Shown here: piece by piece, positions 54,601-61,727 of the stretch | Position numbering within the stretch: position 1 is the first letter of the stretch | How the letters are laid out: every line of letters starts with the position of its first letter | Assembly: GCA_900317715.1 (NCBI GenBank) | Contig: ONHS01000001.1 | Span: forward strand, 18,316-82,315 | Direction of reading: 5' to 3' | DNA: 64,000 bases | Origin: an uncultured Bacteroidales bacterium | Lineage (GTDB): Bacteria > Bacteroidota > Bacteroidia > Bacteroidales > WCHB1-69 | Notes under the pieces: model-generated | The model's input: the letters and a program-made list of their open reading frames with translations, nothing else | The model's database searches: none | Told to the model about the DNA's origin: nothing | Program-made: the position numbers and the translations under genes

Positions 54601-56773
54601 CGGTTCTCTCTATTTTCAAGCCTCTAACGGCTACAACGTTGCTATAACCCCTGAATTTGACCCGAGCATTTCGTTGAATACCTTGCAGGCATCGTTCAAG
54701 TTCAAAGCCAACACAACGGCACCCAACTCCTTTTTAGTGGTTGGTGTGATGACTGATCCTAACGAATATGCCACTTTCACGGCTATTGATACGGTCTTCC
54801 CGAACCCTTACGCGCTGACATCTTGGATTGACAGGACCGTCAGTTTGGCCTCCTATACCGGCAACGGTCACTACCTCGCCTTCATGCAGGAGAACTTCTC
54901 CAATCCGCTCACACCGGTTAGCATGGATAATCTGATAGTGGATTACCTCTCCACCTGTCCGCTGCCCACGAATGTGACCGCTGAACCCATCACCCACGAC
55001 AGCGTGTTGGTGGATTGGCAACCCGGCGGGTCGGAGACCGCTTGGCGCGTGGTGGTCGTCCCCAACGGCAATGGACCTGAGAGCGGCACACCTGTGCAGA
55101 CGGGAACTCATCCGATCGTTATCGGCGGTTTGGCCGACAACACGATGTACGATGTCTTCGTGCAGTCCGATTGCGGCAGCTCGAGCAGTTCGTGGTGTAC
55201 CCCCGCCACCTTCATGACAACTTGCGCCCCCGTGGTGGATCTGCCCTATTCGGAGAATTTCGACGACTACCCGTGGATGAGCTCCTATATTGTGAGACCC
55301 GACTGCTGGATCTTCCCCGTCACCCACGCCAGCTGTCCCAGAATAGACTGGAACACCTACGGCTATTACGGCATGGAGAGCAAAGCCCTGCTCTTCCACT
55401 CCGACACGTCAACGACTGCCACCGCTGTCACCCAGCCGTTCGGGGTGGACATCCATTCGCTGCGGGCGCAGTTCCGGTTGTCTGCTGACCACGAATATAT
55501 TGCCGGCTGTATGGAAGTGGGGGTGATGAGCGACCCGTACGACCTTTCGACTTTTGAATCCGTGCAGGTTATTTCCATCGCCCATTTTGATACCTGGCAG
55601 GATGTCACGGTGGATTTCCGCAACACGGCGATGACGGGCACCAACCGCCATATCGCCTTCCGACAGGTGGGATTACACTCCTCCAATATGGCCATGTGGC
55701 TTGACGATTTGGTTGTCTATCAGGCAGATGATTGCGATGCGCCCTCCGCTTTGACTGCCCACGGCCTCACCTCCACCTCGGCTACCATCTCGTTCGAGCC
55801 CTCGCATAGTAGTGCTTCACAATGGGAATACGTGGCCTGCGCCCCGGGTGTTTCTCCCAACACCCAAACCCCGGTGGCCACCGCCAGCGCCTCGTTTGTC
55901 GTGGACAACCTGACTCCCGGACAAACGTACCGCATATTCGTGCGGACCGTCTGTGGCTCGAACAGCCATTCGGAATGGTCAGAGCCGTTAGAAATCACCC
56001 CAGACTGTGGAATTATCAGCCAATTGCCCTACACGGAGACGTTCGACACCTACGGAACAGACAGTGAGACGGCCTTCCCCGATTGTTGGCGCCGCATTCT
56101 GACCCCTGCATCCTACTCCTACTACCCCATCGTTTCGTCTGAAGTTTCCGCCAGCGGCGTCGGGTCGATGCTCTTCCTCGCCAACTCTTTCAGCGACGAT
56201 TGGGCCATCACTCCCGCATTCGTCCCGAATCTCTCCTTCGACAGCATCCAACTGGATTTCAGCTACTTCCAGGAAGCTGGTGCGGTTCCGGGTTGGGACA
56301 CGATGTTTATCGGGGTGATGAGCAGTCCTTACGAAGAGACCTCCTTTGTGCCGGTTGATACCATTACCCTCCAGAACCGTGGTGTTTGGGAACCACACAC
56401 TGTGCTCTTCGACAGCTATCACGGTGATGGAAGATACGTGGCCTTCCGGTATCACTGTCCTGCATATTTAGGAAAGGTGAACATCGACGACGTGGTCTTC
56501 TCCGTAAGAACTGATGTCGGAATTGATGATCACGACTTGAGCCAACTGTTGCACCTCTATCCCAACCCCACGACGGGTAAGTGCACTATCCGCAACGATC
56601 AGTATGTGATGGAACGCATCGAAGTGTACGATGTATTTGGAAAACGATTAGAAGTATTGCAAATAAATGATTATCAAATAGATATTGATTTATCCTCCCG
56701 TGCTTCTGGCATCTACTTCGTGCGTGTCACCACCGAACAAGGAATGGTTACCAAACGGGTAGTGAAACGATAG
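45629..56773 (+). CDS. giant T9SS-secreted surface protein, 3714 aa
   Basis: Signal peptide, a ~195-aa N-terminal domain, 10 x (FN3-like + LPY.CDFE...WAYRD.YFD...PPAA.DN module), 3 x (FN3-like + (I/L)PY.E.FD...CW module), and C-terminal LYPNPTTGKC...GIYFVRVTTEQGMVTKRVVKR. Confidence 0.85.
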   Translation: MKNLISLFVILATLVAGLNAQTLTVANDPNGVAMQDRYIPVYGYYMDAAQRSQTIYPNTMLTAMTGKYITELTYYFATAPNGTWGGTQTVKIGVTTASDLENGFVASPATLVWTGTLSANISNNQMHIVLDQPFLYSGGNLLIEIENPTAATWKDSYFAGQSQSDQLSYMTWSNYGTPQTHAANFLPRLTFAYSSTPGCATPNNLVSSVNGDFALLTWSPSPYSTVSSYTVGYKSSLDTAYTDVTTTDTFLTISNLIPNTDIQWRVRANCGDSEQSSWRAASLHVPQVIGNLPYHCDFEDLVENQQWMLQNGSYPNKWCIGEATHSSGSHALYISNNDGASNQYSTGNSSSTSTVWAYRDIYFDTTYNEYDISLDVKGMGHIDAGFMRMYLGSPATPSGMSVPGNAIQMRTFYFIENWQHFHFVVDSTHRGLQRIYFVWNNGSTFGVNPPAAIDNLTVTGVNIPAPTGLTATDITTSSATLSWNGGASSSYTLSYRIASDTASTEVTLSDTFFVATGLDVSQTYLWKVKVNTGTGSAWSGESSFKTLANIAQVPYQCDFEDNLENQQWQLVNGNYPNRWFIGSAVNHGGEKALFVSDNNGVSYSYNTNVSYIWAYRDIDFDTIYAGHRLSFDCKNHTFYSSSYHGTFRVYIGDPVDPNGGYIPAGAVQLGSDIYNQNNWTRPTFLLDSTYRGVKRLYFYWHTPGSYSRVNPPAAVDNVTIESFTCATPEGLATQPDSTSAVLTWNAPVFGTASSYTLAYKTLSDLEYTEVTVTDTFYLLTELTASTEYEWKVRAHCSANDESDWSESVSFITAPLLAQLPYFCGFEDALENQQWRFVRLADEGWFIGTATAHTGEHSLYNSNDGGVSYAVNQADYGSNVHEFWAYRDVNFTPGYADYQISFDYKGIENAWSNLVLFIGNTGVSEPATYTYTPAGTLFSQYLSAQDTAWHHFSLTIDSTYQGVKRIYFHFSNSYDPCEAPAAIDNLTITGNACQSVRNLQILSVSDTFAILAWNPVEAENYTVAYKTADETGFTEVQTSDTTLQLNGLLPSTSYEWKVRAHCSDSTESYWSEPLTFTTIQLLSHLPYFCDFENADENAHWETTVINGNNQWFIGNAANNGGTSSIYISQDNGLTNTFDVSSTSQAGAYRDIYFDPEYKEYLLSFDVRCQGGALSMAAVLIGSSSNFDYDAVQLGGEIYGLPEWTHYEVILDSTFAGNRRLYLNWNNIYWSSFNPGENPPAAFDNISISGVSCSKPVDLAMSDIDLHTATVSWSSGNAGTAASYTVSYRKNTDTAYAEVTVSDTALQITELQSGSQYFWKVRANCQEGETSDWSAEKEFYTFAELPYSCGFETAEESDLWVSHYQATYDNVAVYENRWSVGEATHSTGTSAMYISSDNGLSNTYSFDYGCTAWTTLSLYLDPAYPEYQISFDFKGVGEQGQDYMRVYCGDPTYTSDQSSFPNNVEQIGGDFNLTEDWTTFTFTLDSTHAGYKQLYFSWTNNYYDGVNPPAAVDNIIIIGNSCGIPTNMTQQIADSTAMLKWSANIGEPESYILAYKKTSDSVFTEINTTDTSLLLTSLLPLTDYVWKVRAVCDDDSQSFWSNTLGFTTTQPLKHLPYLCSFDDAEENGQWTMVNGDAENQWVIGNATGYGDNSALYISNDDGTTNAYEVYSAATVWAYRDVYFDENFQAYQLSFDYKSMGQNTADYMQVFVGTPAAPSGTAIPSGAVQLGGQFSYINNWAHYSFLVDSTHVGAQRIYFLWVNNNSTGVQPPAAVDNLSILGLTCVTPSEPVVTDMTDNTVTLSWLPNPIGTAASYTVSVRQAESTTTSEYTTTDTFLTISGLTPSTAYFCKVRANCSTNDHSGWTSDFSVQMPAVLPYVCDFEDANERNAWQFVNGSYTNQWYVGNAVSLSGDYSLYISNDGGVTYAYSYPYNSSYVWAYRDIYFDPSDSVYTLSFDMRGVGGTSYQISAYTNVYIGSPATPNGTTTPAGATELGNGLCGMSAWTTKTYTLNHSYAGLQRLYFLWRNTGWTVSNPPAAIDNLTIDGTPCTDVPYELTAQAMDTLANLLWSMHNGSAESYTVAYKLQYDTAFTYITVQDEHLTIGNLTPLTTYVWKVRANCTATDHSQWSAESTFQTPAITARLPYVCDFEDADENSRWTFVNGSYANKWHIGNAVNNGGTSSLYVSNDNGATNTYTTNYSMIWAYRDVYLDPSYTDYVISFDCRAFGELYNNNPVDYAKVFLGPPTTPTVTPVSSNIIVPDGATQMGDVIYLDSTWHNVTINLDTAFSGLQRIYILWRSDVSWGTNPPAAFDNISITPEGCGIPRHLTANQVSENDAVLSWTAVYQADSYTVAYRRQSDSTYSYVTTTDNHILLTNLLPKTNYLAKVKTNCDSSQGAWSDEFQFSTTTLPYFCGFEEADENACWILDDGMNNHKWYIGHAVHYEGDTALYVSNNNGVSNTFSDNVNAQTWAYRDIYFDPQYSEYLMEFDIRSYGYPGASVDYVRVFLGPPATPSGNYTPANAEVIGDFYGMTNWNHSRFVVNGSHAGMQRLYFLWTQQIVGTNNNLPGAVDNISIVGSPCSIPTELTVSDLADNTAVVSWSPGACGITNDYTVGYRMSSDTGWYELSTIDTFLLLVNLQSSTQYTWRVRKSCVPSYSSQWSEESTFFTEATEAQLPYFCGFEESDENRDWRLLGVSDNRWYIGQAAQQAGQYALYVSNDSGATNAYNVYGSMTNSWAYRDIYFTPGYSEYQIAFDFRGLGQSGDDRTRIFLGPPVQVEPNATYSITIPSGLEELGNGLNSDATWTSHSFTVDSTHAGHQRLYFLWSNGFYEGTNPPGAVDNIMIYGGTCAAPHSLTVTATSTTSISIQFTPANNGDQNWEAVIVEDGQPIDTTQIVALTSTAYTFNNLHKDRLYVIYVRTNCGNSQSAWSSTSQRTDCGTITDIPYQESFDTYGTGSNLDGYSAFPRCWSRLYSSYIVAPYPFIFQNGYFSAPGSLYFQASNGYNVAITPEFDPSISLNTLQASFKFKANTTAPNSFLVVGVMTDPNEYATFTAIDTVFPNPYALTSWIDRTVSLASYTGNGHYLAFMQENFSNPLTPVSMDNLIVDYLSTCPLPTNVTAEPITHDSVLVDWQPGGSETAWRVVVVPNGNGPESGTPVQTGTHPIVIGGLADNTMYDVFVQSDCGSSSSSWCTPATFMTTCAPVVDLPYSENFDDYPWMSSYIVRPDCWIFPVTHASCPRIDWNTYGYYGMESKALLFHSDTSTTATAVTQPFGVDIHSLRAQFRLSADHEYIAGCMEVGVMSDPYDLSTFESVQVISIAHFDTWQDVTVDFRNTAMTGTNRHIAFRQVGLHSSNMAMWLDDLVVYQADDCDAPSALTAHGLTSTSATISFEPSHSSASQWEYVACAPGVSPNTQTPVATASASFVVDNLTPGQTYRIFVRTVCGSNSHSEWSEPLEITPDCGIISQLPYTETFDTYGTDSETAFPDCWRRILTPASYSYYPIVSSEVSASGVGSMLFLANSFSDDWAITPAFVPNLSFDSIQLDFSYFQEAGAVPGWDTMFIGVMSSPYEETSFVPVDTITLQNRGVWEPHTVLFDSYHGDGRYVAFRYHCPAYLGKVNIDDVVFSVRTDVGIDDHDLSQLLHLYPNPTTGKCTIRNDQYVMERIEVYDVFGKRLEVLQINDYQIDIDLSSRASGIYFVRVTTEQGMVTKRVVKR
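46223..54160 (+). repeat. 10 tandem, diverged ~0.79-kb coding repeats inside the 3714-aa gene
   Basis: The PPAA(I/V/F)DN-type motif recurs at about 46972, 47758, 48562, 49337, 50144, 50930, 51725, 52541, 53319 and 54125, a spacing of 777-816 nt. Confidence 0.85.
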
Positions 56774-56804
56774 CCCTATATTGGATTTGTTGCGAACTCC
56801 ATTT

Positions 56805-56842
56805 TGTAGAGACGTGTCATGGCGCGTCTCTACATTTCGTTT
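56805..56842 (+). terminator. stem-loop after the giant gene
   Basis: 10-bp perfect stem tgtagagacg / cgtctctaca with a 10-nt loop, followed by the T-rich tttcgttt. Confidence 0.55.
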
Positions 56843-56849
56843 AAAAATG

Positions 56850-56857
56850 TACTTTTG
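56850..56857 (+). promoter_or_regulatory. -7 box TACTTTTG upstream of hydE
   Basis: Matches TAnnTTTG, 27 nt before ATG 56884. Confidence 0.55.
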
Positions 56858-56883
56858 CCGATGATAAATAATCATGCAATAGG

Positions 56884-57933
56884 ATGGATAACAAGGCCCT
56901 AATCTCCCAACTGGAAGAAACACAAATCCTTAATAAACAGGAATTTGCCACTCTCATTGCGCACCATACGGAAGAGGATGCGCAGTTCCTGTTCGAGCGG
57001 GCGCGTGTCGTGCGCGAACGCTATTTCGGCAAGTCTGTTTATTTGCGCGGACTCATCGAAATTTCCAACTTTTGCGCCAACGACTGCTACTACTGCGGCA
57101 TACGTCGCAGCAACGAGACTGCAGACCGTTACCGTCTCACCGAAGAGGACATTCTTGCCTGTTGTGAAGAGGGTTATCAGCTGGGATTCAGGACGTTCGT
57201 GATGCAAGGCGGCGAGGACGCGCATTTCACCGATGAGGTGCTGGTGCGTTTGATTCGCAACATCAAATCGCGCTTTCCTGACTGCGCGATCACGCTTTCG
57301 TTGGGTGAGCGCGCGAAGGATCGTTATCAGAAACTCTTTGATGCCGGCGCAGACCGTTACTTACTGCGTCACGAGACGGCTAACGCACAGCATTACGCGC
57401 AGTTGCATCCCGCGTGGATGTCGCACGCGCGGCGCATACAGTGCTTGTGGGATTTGAAAGAGATTGGCTATCAGGTGGGTACGGGCTTTATGGTGGGCAC
57501 ACCGTTCCAAACGCCAGAATTGTTGGCTGAGGACATGCTCTTTATCAAGGAGTTGCAGCCGCAAATGGTGGGCATCGGGCCGTTTGTGCCGCATCACGCC
57601 ACGCCGTTTGCCAACGAAACGGGCGGCACCGTGGAACAGACGCTCTTCATGCTGGGCCTGTTACGTTTGATGATGCCGCAACTGCTGCTGCCTTCCACGA
57701 CGGCTTTAGGCACCATCGACAAAACAGGTCGTGAGAAAGGGTTGATGGCCGGTGCTAACGTGGTGATGCCGAACCTGTCGCCTGTGTCCGTGCGCAAAAA
57801 GTACGACCTTTACGACAACAAAATCTGCACGGGCGACGAATCCGCGCAATGTGTTAACTGTTTGGGCGTTAGAATTGCATCCACGGGCTATCGAATCGAA
57901 GAATCACGCGGCGATGCCCCAGGGTGGAAATAA
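56884..57933 (+). CDS. hydE: [FeFe]-hydrogenase H-cluster radical SAM maturase HydE, 349 aa
   Basis: VYLRGLIEISNFCANDCYYCGIRRSN...RYRL...FVMQGGED has the HydE-type Cx3CxxC context and length. A BioB/ThiH-like alternative is not fully excluded. Confidence 0.75.
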   Translation: MDNKALISQLEETQILNKQEFATLIAHHTEEDAQFLFERARVVRERYFGKSVYLRGLIEISNFCANDCYYCGIRRSNETADRYRLTEEDILACCEEGYQLGFRTFVMQGGEDAHFTDEVLVRLIRNIKSRFPDCAITLSLGERAKDRYQKLFDAGADRYLLRHETANAQHYAQLHPAWMSHARRIQCLWDLKEIGYQVGTGFMVGTPFQTPELLAEDMLFIKELQPQMVGIGPFVPHHATPFANETGGTVEQTLFMLGLLRLMMPQLLLPSTTALGTIDKTGREKGLMAGANVVMPNLSPVSVRKKYDLYDNKICTGDESAQCVNCLGVRIASTGYRIEESRGDAPGWK

Positions 57934-57947
57934 ACTCAGTATTCCAG

Positions 57948-59621
57948 CTACTTGACTTGTATCTTTCTTATTACCTTCTGCCCGTTAATCGTGATTTCCA
58001 GAATGTAACTTCCGGCGGGGAGAGTGGAAACATCGAGCGTGGTCTGTTGCAGAGACTCGATGAATCGCGTCTCTATCATCCGGCCTTGAAGGTCGTATAA
58101 GGTGATTGATTGGAGCGATTCGCTGCCGGAAAAATCGATATTGATGACATCCCAGGCGGGGTTAGGGTAAATCTTGACATGACTATCATAATAGTCTATA
58201 CCTACACTTCTCGACAGCTGCACGTTTTGGATAAGTTGTTCACCATCATTGATTTGCGTGATGATGGTCTTCGGCAGATAGCCTTCGGCGGAGTAGGTGA
58301 CCGCGTATTGTCCAGCTTTGATGGGACGGTGGTAGTCGCCGTAGGGCAGGGCTGTTTCCACGTAGGAGTGGTCGAGGTCGTGATTGGCGATATAGATCAG
58401 CGCCTGCAGCGGCTCGCCCGTCAAAGAATCGGTCACGGTGCCGTGGATGCCGTGTTTAGCTTCCGCCATAAAATTCAGAAATGAGCGGTAGATGTATCCC
58501 CAATAGGTTGATAAACGATTGTTAGATAGTATCTTATCTTCGCTAACTTCAATGGTTACGTGGCGCGTTCCAACATAGAAGTTGTGCCAGTCTTGGAAAG
58601 AACCGGTGATGACGTACCAGTCGCCGCCTTCTGTCACGCCATTGTCCTCTTCGGTCATGTAGTGAGACGTGGATTTGTGGCAAGTGTCGGCAAACTGACG
58701 GCCCATCAGATACCACCAATCGGCATCGGCGTGACTATGCTGATAGCTTGTCCATGTATCCCACGGGTAGTTGAACACTTCCGCGCCGCCATGTAGATTT
58801 GCTGCCAACGTGAAGTTGTGTGCAGAAGTGAAGTTGATCATGGCCTCCACTTCCGGTTCGTATGAAGGCTTTGCGGGAATGCTAACTTCTGGAAATGAGC
58901 GGTTTAGGTCTTCTCCATGCATGTTTGCACGAATGGAATAAGGCCAGGTGTTGATTTGGTTGTTAGAAGAATAGTAGGTGCCATCGGGATTGTGCAAAGG
59001 ACAAATCCAAATGTCAATAGTGTTTACCAACTCAGTTGCGTAACTATTTGTGCCATAATTTGATAACAAGTAATCTATTAGTCGGAGCATCATGTAATAC
59101 CCCGTTACTTCATCGCCATGGATGGTGGAGGTGTAGAGTATGGACGGCTTCCCTTCGTTATCGTTGAGGTTGTTGCTGATGTGTGCGACGAGGATGCTGT
59201 GGTTGGCGGGCGTAGTCGCCAAAATCGTGTCGATTTTGCACAGTTGGGGGTAGCGTGTCTGGAAGGTGTCCATCATCGCTAAATAAGTGCTGTAAGTCGG
59301 GTAGCGGTTCCAATTGGCGGTCATCTGTTCGTAGTTTTGCGCCATTTGGATTTGGGCTTTGCTGGCCGACATGGTCTGATAAGGGATGTTCAGCGCTTGA
59401 AATTGGTCTATGTCTTTGTACGATAGCCAAATACGCACATCGAAGGTGTTGTCGGCATTGCGTTTCACTCGGTCGATGGAGAAATCGTGCGACAACGAGT
59501 TCAGTGTGGCGGCATCCAACACGGTCTCCACGTAGGTTCCGGGGATGTTGGGTGCTGAGGTCTGCGCCATAGCCGTGAAAGCTATGAGAGTGGCGGCGAT
59601 GAAGAGGATGGTGTTTTTCAT
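57948..59621 (-). CDS. M14-family zinc carboxypeptidase with T9SS C-terminal sorting domain, 557 aa
   Basis: Signal peptide, IHGDEVTG (HxxE zinc site) and a later LHGG, with C-terminal IYPNPAWDVI...GSYILEITI...RKIQVK. Confidence 0.85.
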   Translation of the reverse strand: MKNTILFIAATLIAFTAMAQTSAPNIPGTYVETVLDAATLNSLSHDFSIDRVKRNADNTFDVRIWLSYKDIDQFQALNIPYQTMSASKAQIQMAQNYEQMTANWNRYPTYSTYLAMMDTFQTRYPQLCKIDTILATTPANHSILVAHISNNLNDNEGKPSILYTSTIHGDEVTGYYMMLRLIDYLLSNYGTNSYATELVNTIDIWICPLHNPDGTYYSSNNQINTWPYSIRANMHGEDLNRSFPEVSIPAKPSYEPEVEAMINFTSAHNFTLAANLHGGAEVFNYPWDTWTSYQHSHADADWWYLMGRQFADTCHKSTSHYMTEEDNGVTEGGDWYVITGSFQDWHNFYVGTRHVTIEVSEDKILSNNRLSTYWGYIYRSFLNFMAEAKHGIHGTVTDSLTGEPLQALIYIANHDLDHSYVETALPYGDYHRPIKAGQYAVTYSAEGYLPKTIITQINDGEQLIQNVQLSRSVGIDYYDSHVKIYPNPAWDVINIDFSGSESLQSITLYDLQGRMIETRFIESLQQTTLDVSTLPAGSYILEITINGQKVIRKIQVK

Positions 59622-59779
59622 GAAGGTTTAGGGTTTAGGGGGAAAATAAAGTTAGCAGTTAGCAGATAGTAGTTAGTAGTTAGCGGGGAGTAGGGAGAAG
59701 GGAATAGGGAATAGTCATACGTCAAAAGTCTAAGTTTAAGTTTATGTCTATGTCTAGGTTCAAAGTTCAAAGTCAAAGT
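59622..59779 (-). repeat. heptamer STR block R13 (sense order B, A-like, D, E, C)
   Basis: Fills the whole uvrC-stop to peptidase-ATG spacer. The sense strand ends ...ccccctaaaccctaaaccttcATG. Confidence 0.9.
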
Positions 59780-61552
59780 CTAAGTTTTATCCAGGTATTT
59801 TTTAAGGTCGGCGGCTTTTTTGGGGCCGAGGATGGCGGCGAGTTCGGGTTCGGTGGCGGCGGTGATTTTGGAGACGCTTTTGAATTCTTTTAACAGTTTG
59901 GTTTTGAGCACTTTGCCGATGCCGGGCGCGTCGTCTAGGATGGAGGCGATGCTGGTTTTGCTGCGGCGCTTGCGATGGTGGGTGATGCCGAAACGGTGTA
60001 CCTCGTCGCGCACGTGTTGCAGCAATTTTTGTGCTTCGGAGCGTTTGTCGATATAGACGGGCACGTCGTCGCCGACCTTGAAGATGTCCTCCAGTCGTTT
60101 TGCAATGCCGACCATCATCAGCCGGTCTTCGATGTGCAACGCTTGGATGGCGTTCCAGGCGGCGTGCAGTTGCCCTTTGCCGCCGTCGATGACCACCAAG
60201 TCGGGCAGCGGCTTGTTCTCTTCGAGCAGCCGGTGGTAGCGACGGTAGATGACCTCCTCCATGGAGGCGAAGTCGTCGGCCCCGACCACGGTTTTGATGT
60301 TGAAGTGGCGGTACTCGTTCTTGGCGGGTTTGCCGTCGATGAAGCAGCTCATGGCCGCCACGGGTTCCTCACCTTGCGTGTTGGAGTTGTCGAAACATTC
60401 GATACGGCGCGGTAACGTCTTCATTCCCAGCGCTTCCTGTAAGGCTTGCAGCACGCGCATGTTACGTCGCTCGGGATCCGCCAAGTCCTGACGTTTCTTC
60501 TTCTCCAACATGTAGAAATGGGCGTTGTGGGTGGCCAACTCCAGCAGTTTGCGTTTGTCACCGCGCTGCGGCACCTGCAAATCCCAGTCTTCGGGTGCGA
60601 GACTCGGCATGAACGGCACTAAAAGGGTGGGGGAGAGTCCTCCCAGACGCTCTTTCATTTCCAAGATGCCGGTCCAAAGCGCGTCTTCCGCGGTGGTCTC
60701 CAACCGATTGTCGATTTCCAAGGTGTGCGCTTGCACGACAGCCCCGTCTATTACACGCAAGAAGCTGATATACGTGCAGTTATCGTCTTCTTCCATGCCG
60801 AAGACATCCATATTGGTCAATGCGGGATTCACCACCACCGATTTACCGATGAAGTTCTCCAACGCTTCGATTTTCTGCTTGACTTCCGCTGCCTGCTCAA
60901 ATTTCCATTCTTCGGCGTACTGCATCATCTCCTCTTTCAGTTGCCGGATCACCTCTTTGCGGTTGCCTTTGATGATTTGGATGGCCTTCTCGATGTTTTC
61001 CTGATACTTTTCCGCCGTGATGAGACCGCAGCAGGGCGCGGCACACTTCTTGATTTGGTATTGCATGCACGGACGGTCGTTGTTGCGCAGGATTTTGCAG
61101 GTGCGCAACGGAAACATGTCGTTGAGGAGCTCAAGGAGTATATTCATCTGGCGGACAGAGGAATAGGGACCGAAAAGATGCATCTTGGCGGGGTCGGGGC
61201 GGCGTGTCGGAAATATCCGCGCAAACGGCTCCCTCGTAACCGCAATCCACGGGTAGGTCTTGTCGTCCTTCAGCATGATGTTGTACTTGGGCTTGAACTC
61301 CTTGATCATGCTGTTTTCCAGCAACAAAGCGTCCCATTCCGTATCCACCACCACGGTCTGGATGTCACGAATCTTCGTGACCAGCATCCGCACCTTCGCC
61401 GAATCGTGATCCTTGTTGAAATAGGAGGAAACCCTCCGCTTCAACCGCTTCGCCTTACCCACATAGATAACCGTGCCTTTATCGTCGTAGAAACGATAAA
61501 CGCCGGGCTTCTCGGGCAGGGTCTTGAGGATCAGTTTGATGTGGTCGGACAT
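59780..61552 (-). CDS. uvrC: excinuclease ABC subunit C (UvrC), 590 aa
   Basis: GIY-YIG N-terminus (PGVYRFYD..G.VIYVGKA), UVR domain, endonuclease V-like domain and C-terminal (HhH)2. Confidence 0.95.
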   Translation of the reverse strand: MSDHIKLILKTLPEKPGVYRFYDDKGTVIYVGKAKRLKRRVSSYFNKDHDSAKVRMLVTKIRDIQTVVVDTEWDALLLENSMIKEFKPKYNIMLKDDKTYPWIAVTREPFARIFPTRRPDPAKMHLFGPYSSVRQMNILLELLNDMFPLRTCKILRNNDRPCMQYQIKKCAAPCCGLITAEKYQENIEKAIQIIKGNRKEVIRQLKEEMMQYAEEWKFEQAAEVKQKIEALENFIGKSVVVNPALTNMDVFGMEEDDNCTYISFLRVIDGAVVQAHTLEIDNRLETTAEDALWTGILEMKERLGGLSPTLLVPFMPSLAPEDWDLQVPQRGDKRKLLELATHNAHFYMLEKKKRQDLADPERRNMRVLQALQEALGMKTLPRRIECFDNSNTQGEEPVAAMSCFIDGKPAKNEYRHFNIKTVVGADDFASMEEVIYRRYHRLLEENKPLPDLVVIDGGKGQLHAAWNAIQALHIEDRLMMVGIAKRLEDIFKVGDDVPVYIDKRSEAQKLLQHVRDEVHRFGITHHRKRRSKTSIASILDDAPGIGKVLKTKLLKEFKSVSKITAATEPELAAILGPKKAADLKKYLDKT

Positions 61553-61727
61553 GGAGGGTGAGGGTTTAAGGTTGAGGGTTTAGGGGGTTAATAGGTTAGG
61601 GTCGAGGGTCGAGGGAAAAGGGAGTAGGGAATAGTTCAAGGTTCAAAGTTCAAAGTTCAAAGTTCAAGGTTCAAAGTCAAAAGTCAAAGTTCAAAGTTCA
61701 AAGTCAGCTAACAGCTAACAGCCAGTT
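61553..61727 (-). repeat. heptamer STR block R14 (sense order E, B, D, B-like, C)
   Basis: Sense strand reads ctggctgttagctgttagctga ctttgaa units x ~10, ctattccctactccc, cctcgaccctcgaccc, ...ccctaaaccctcaaccttaaaccctcaccctccATG. Confidence 0.9.
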
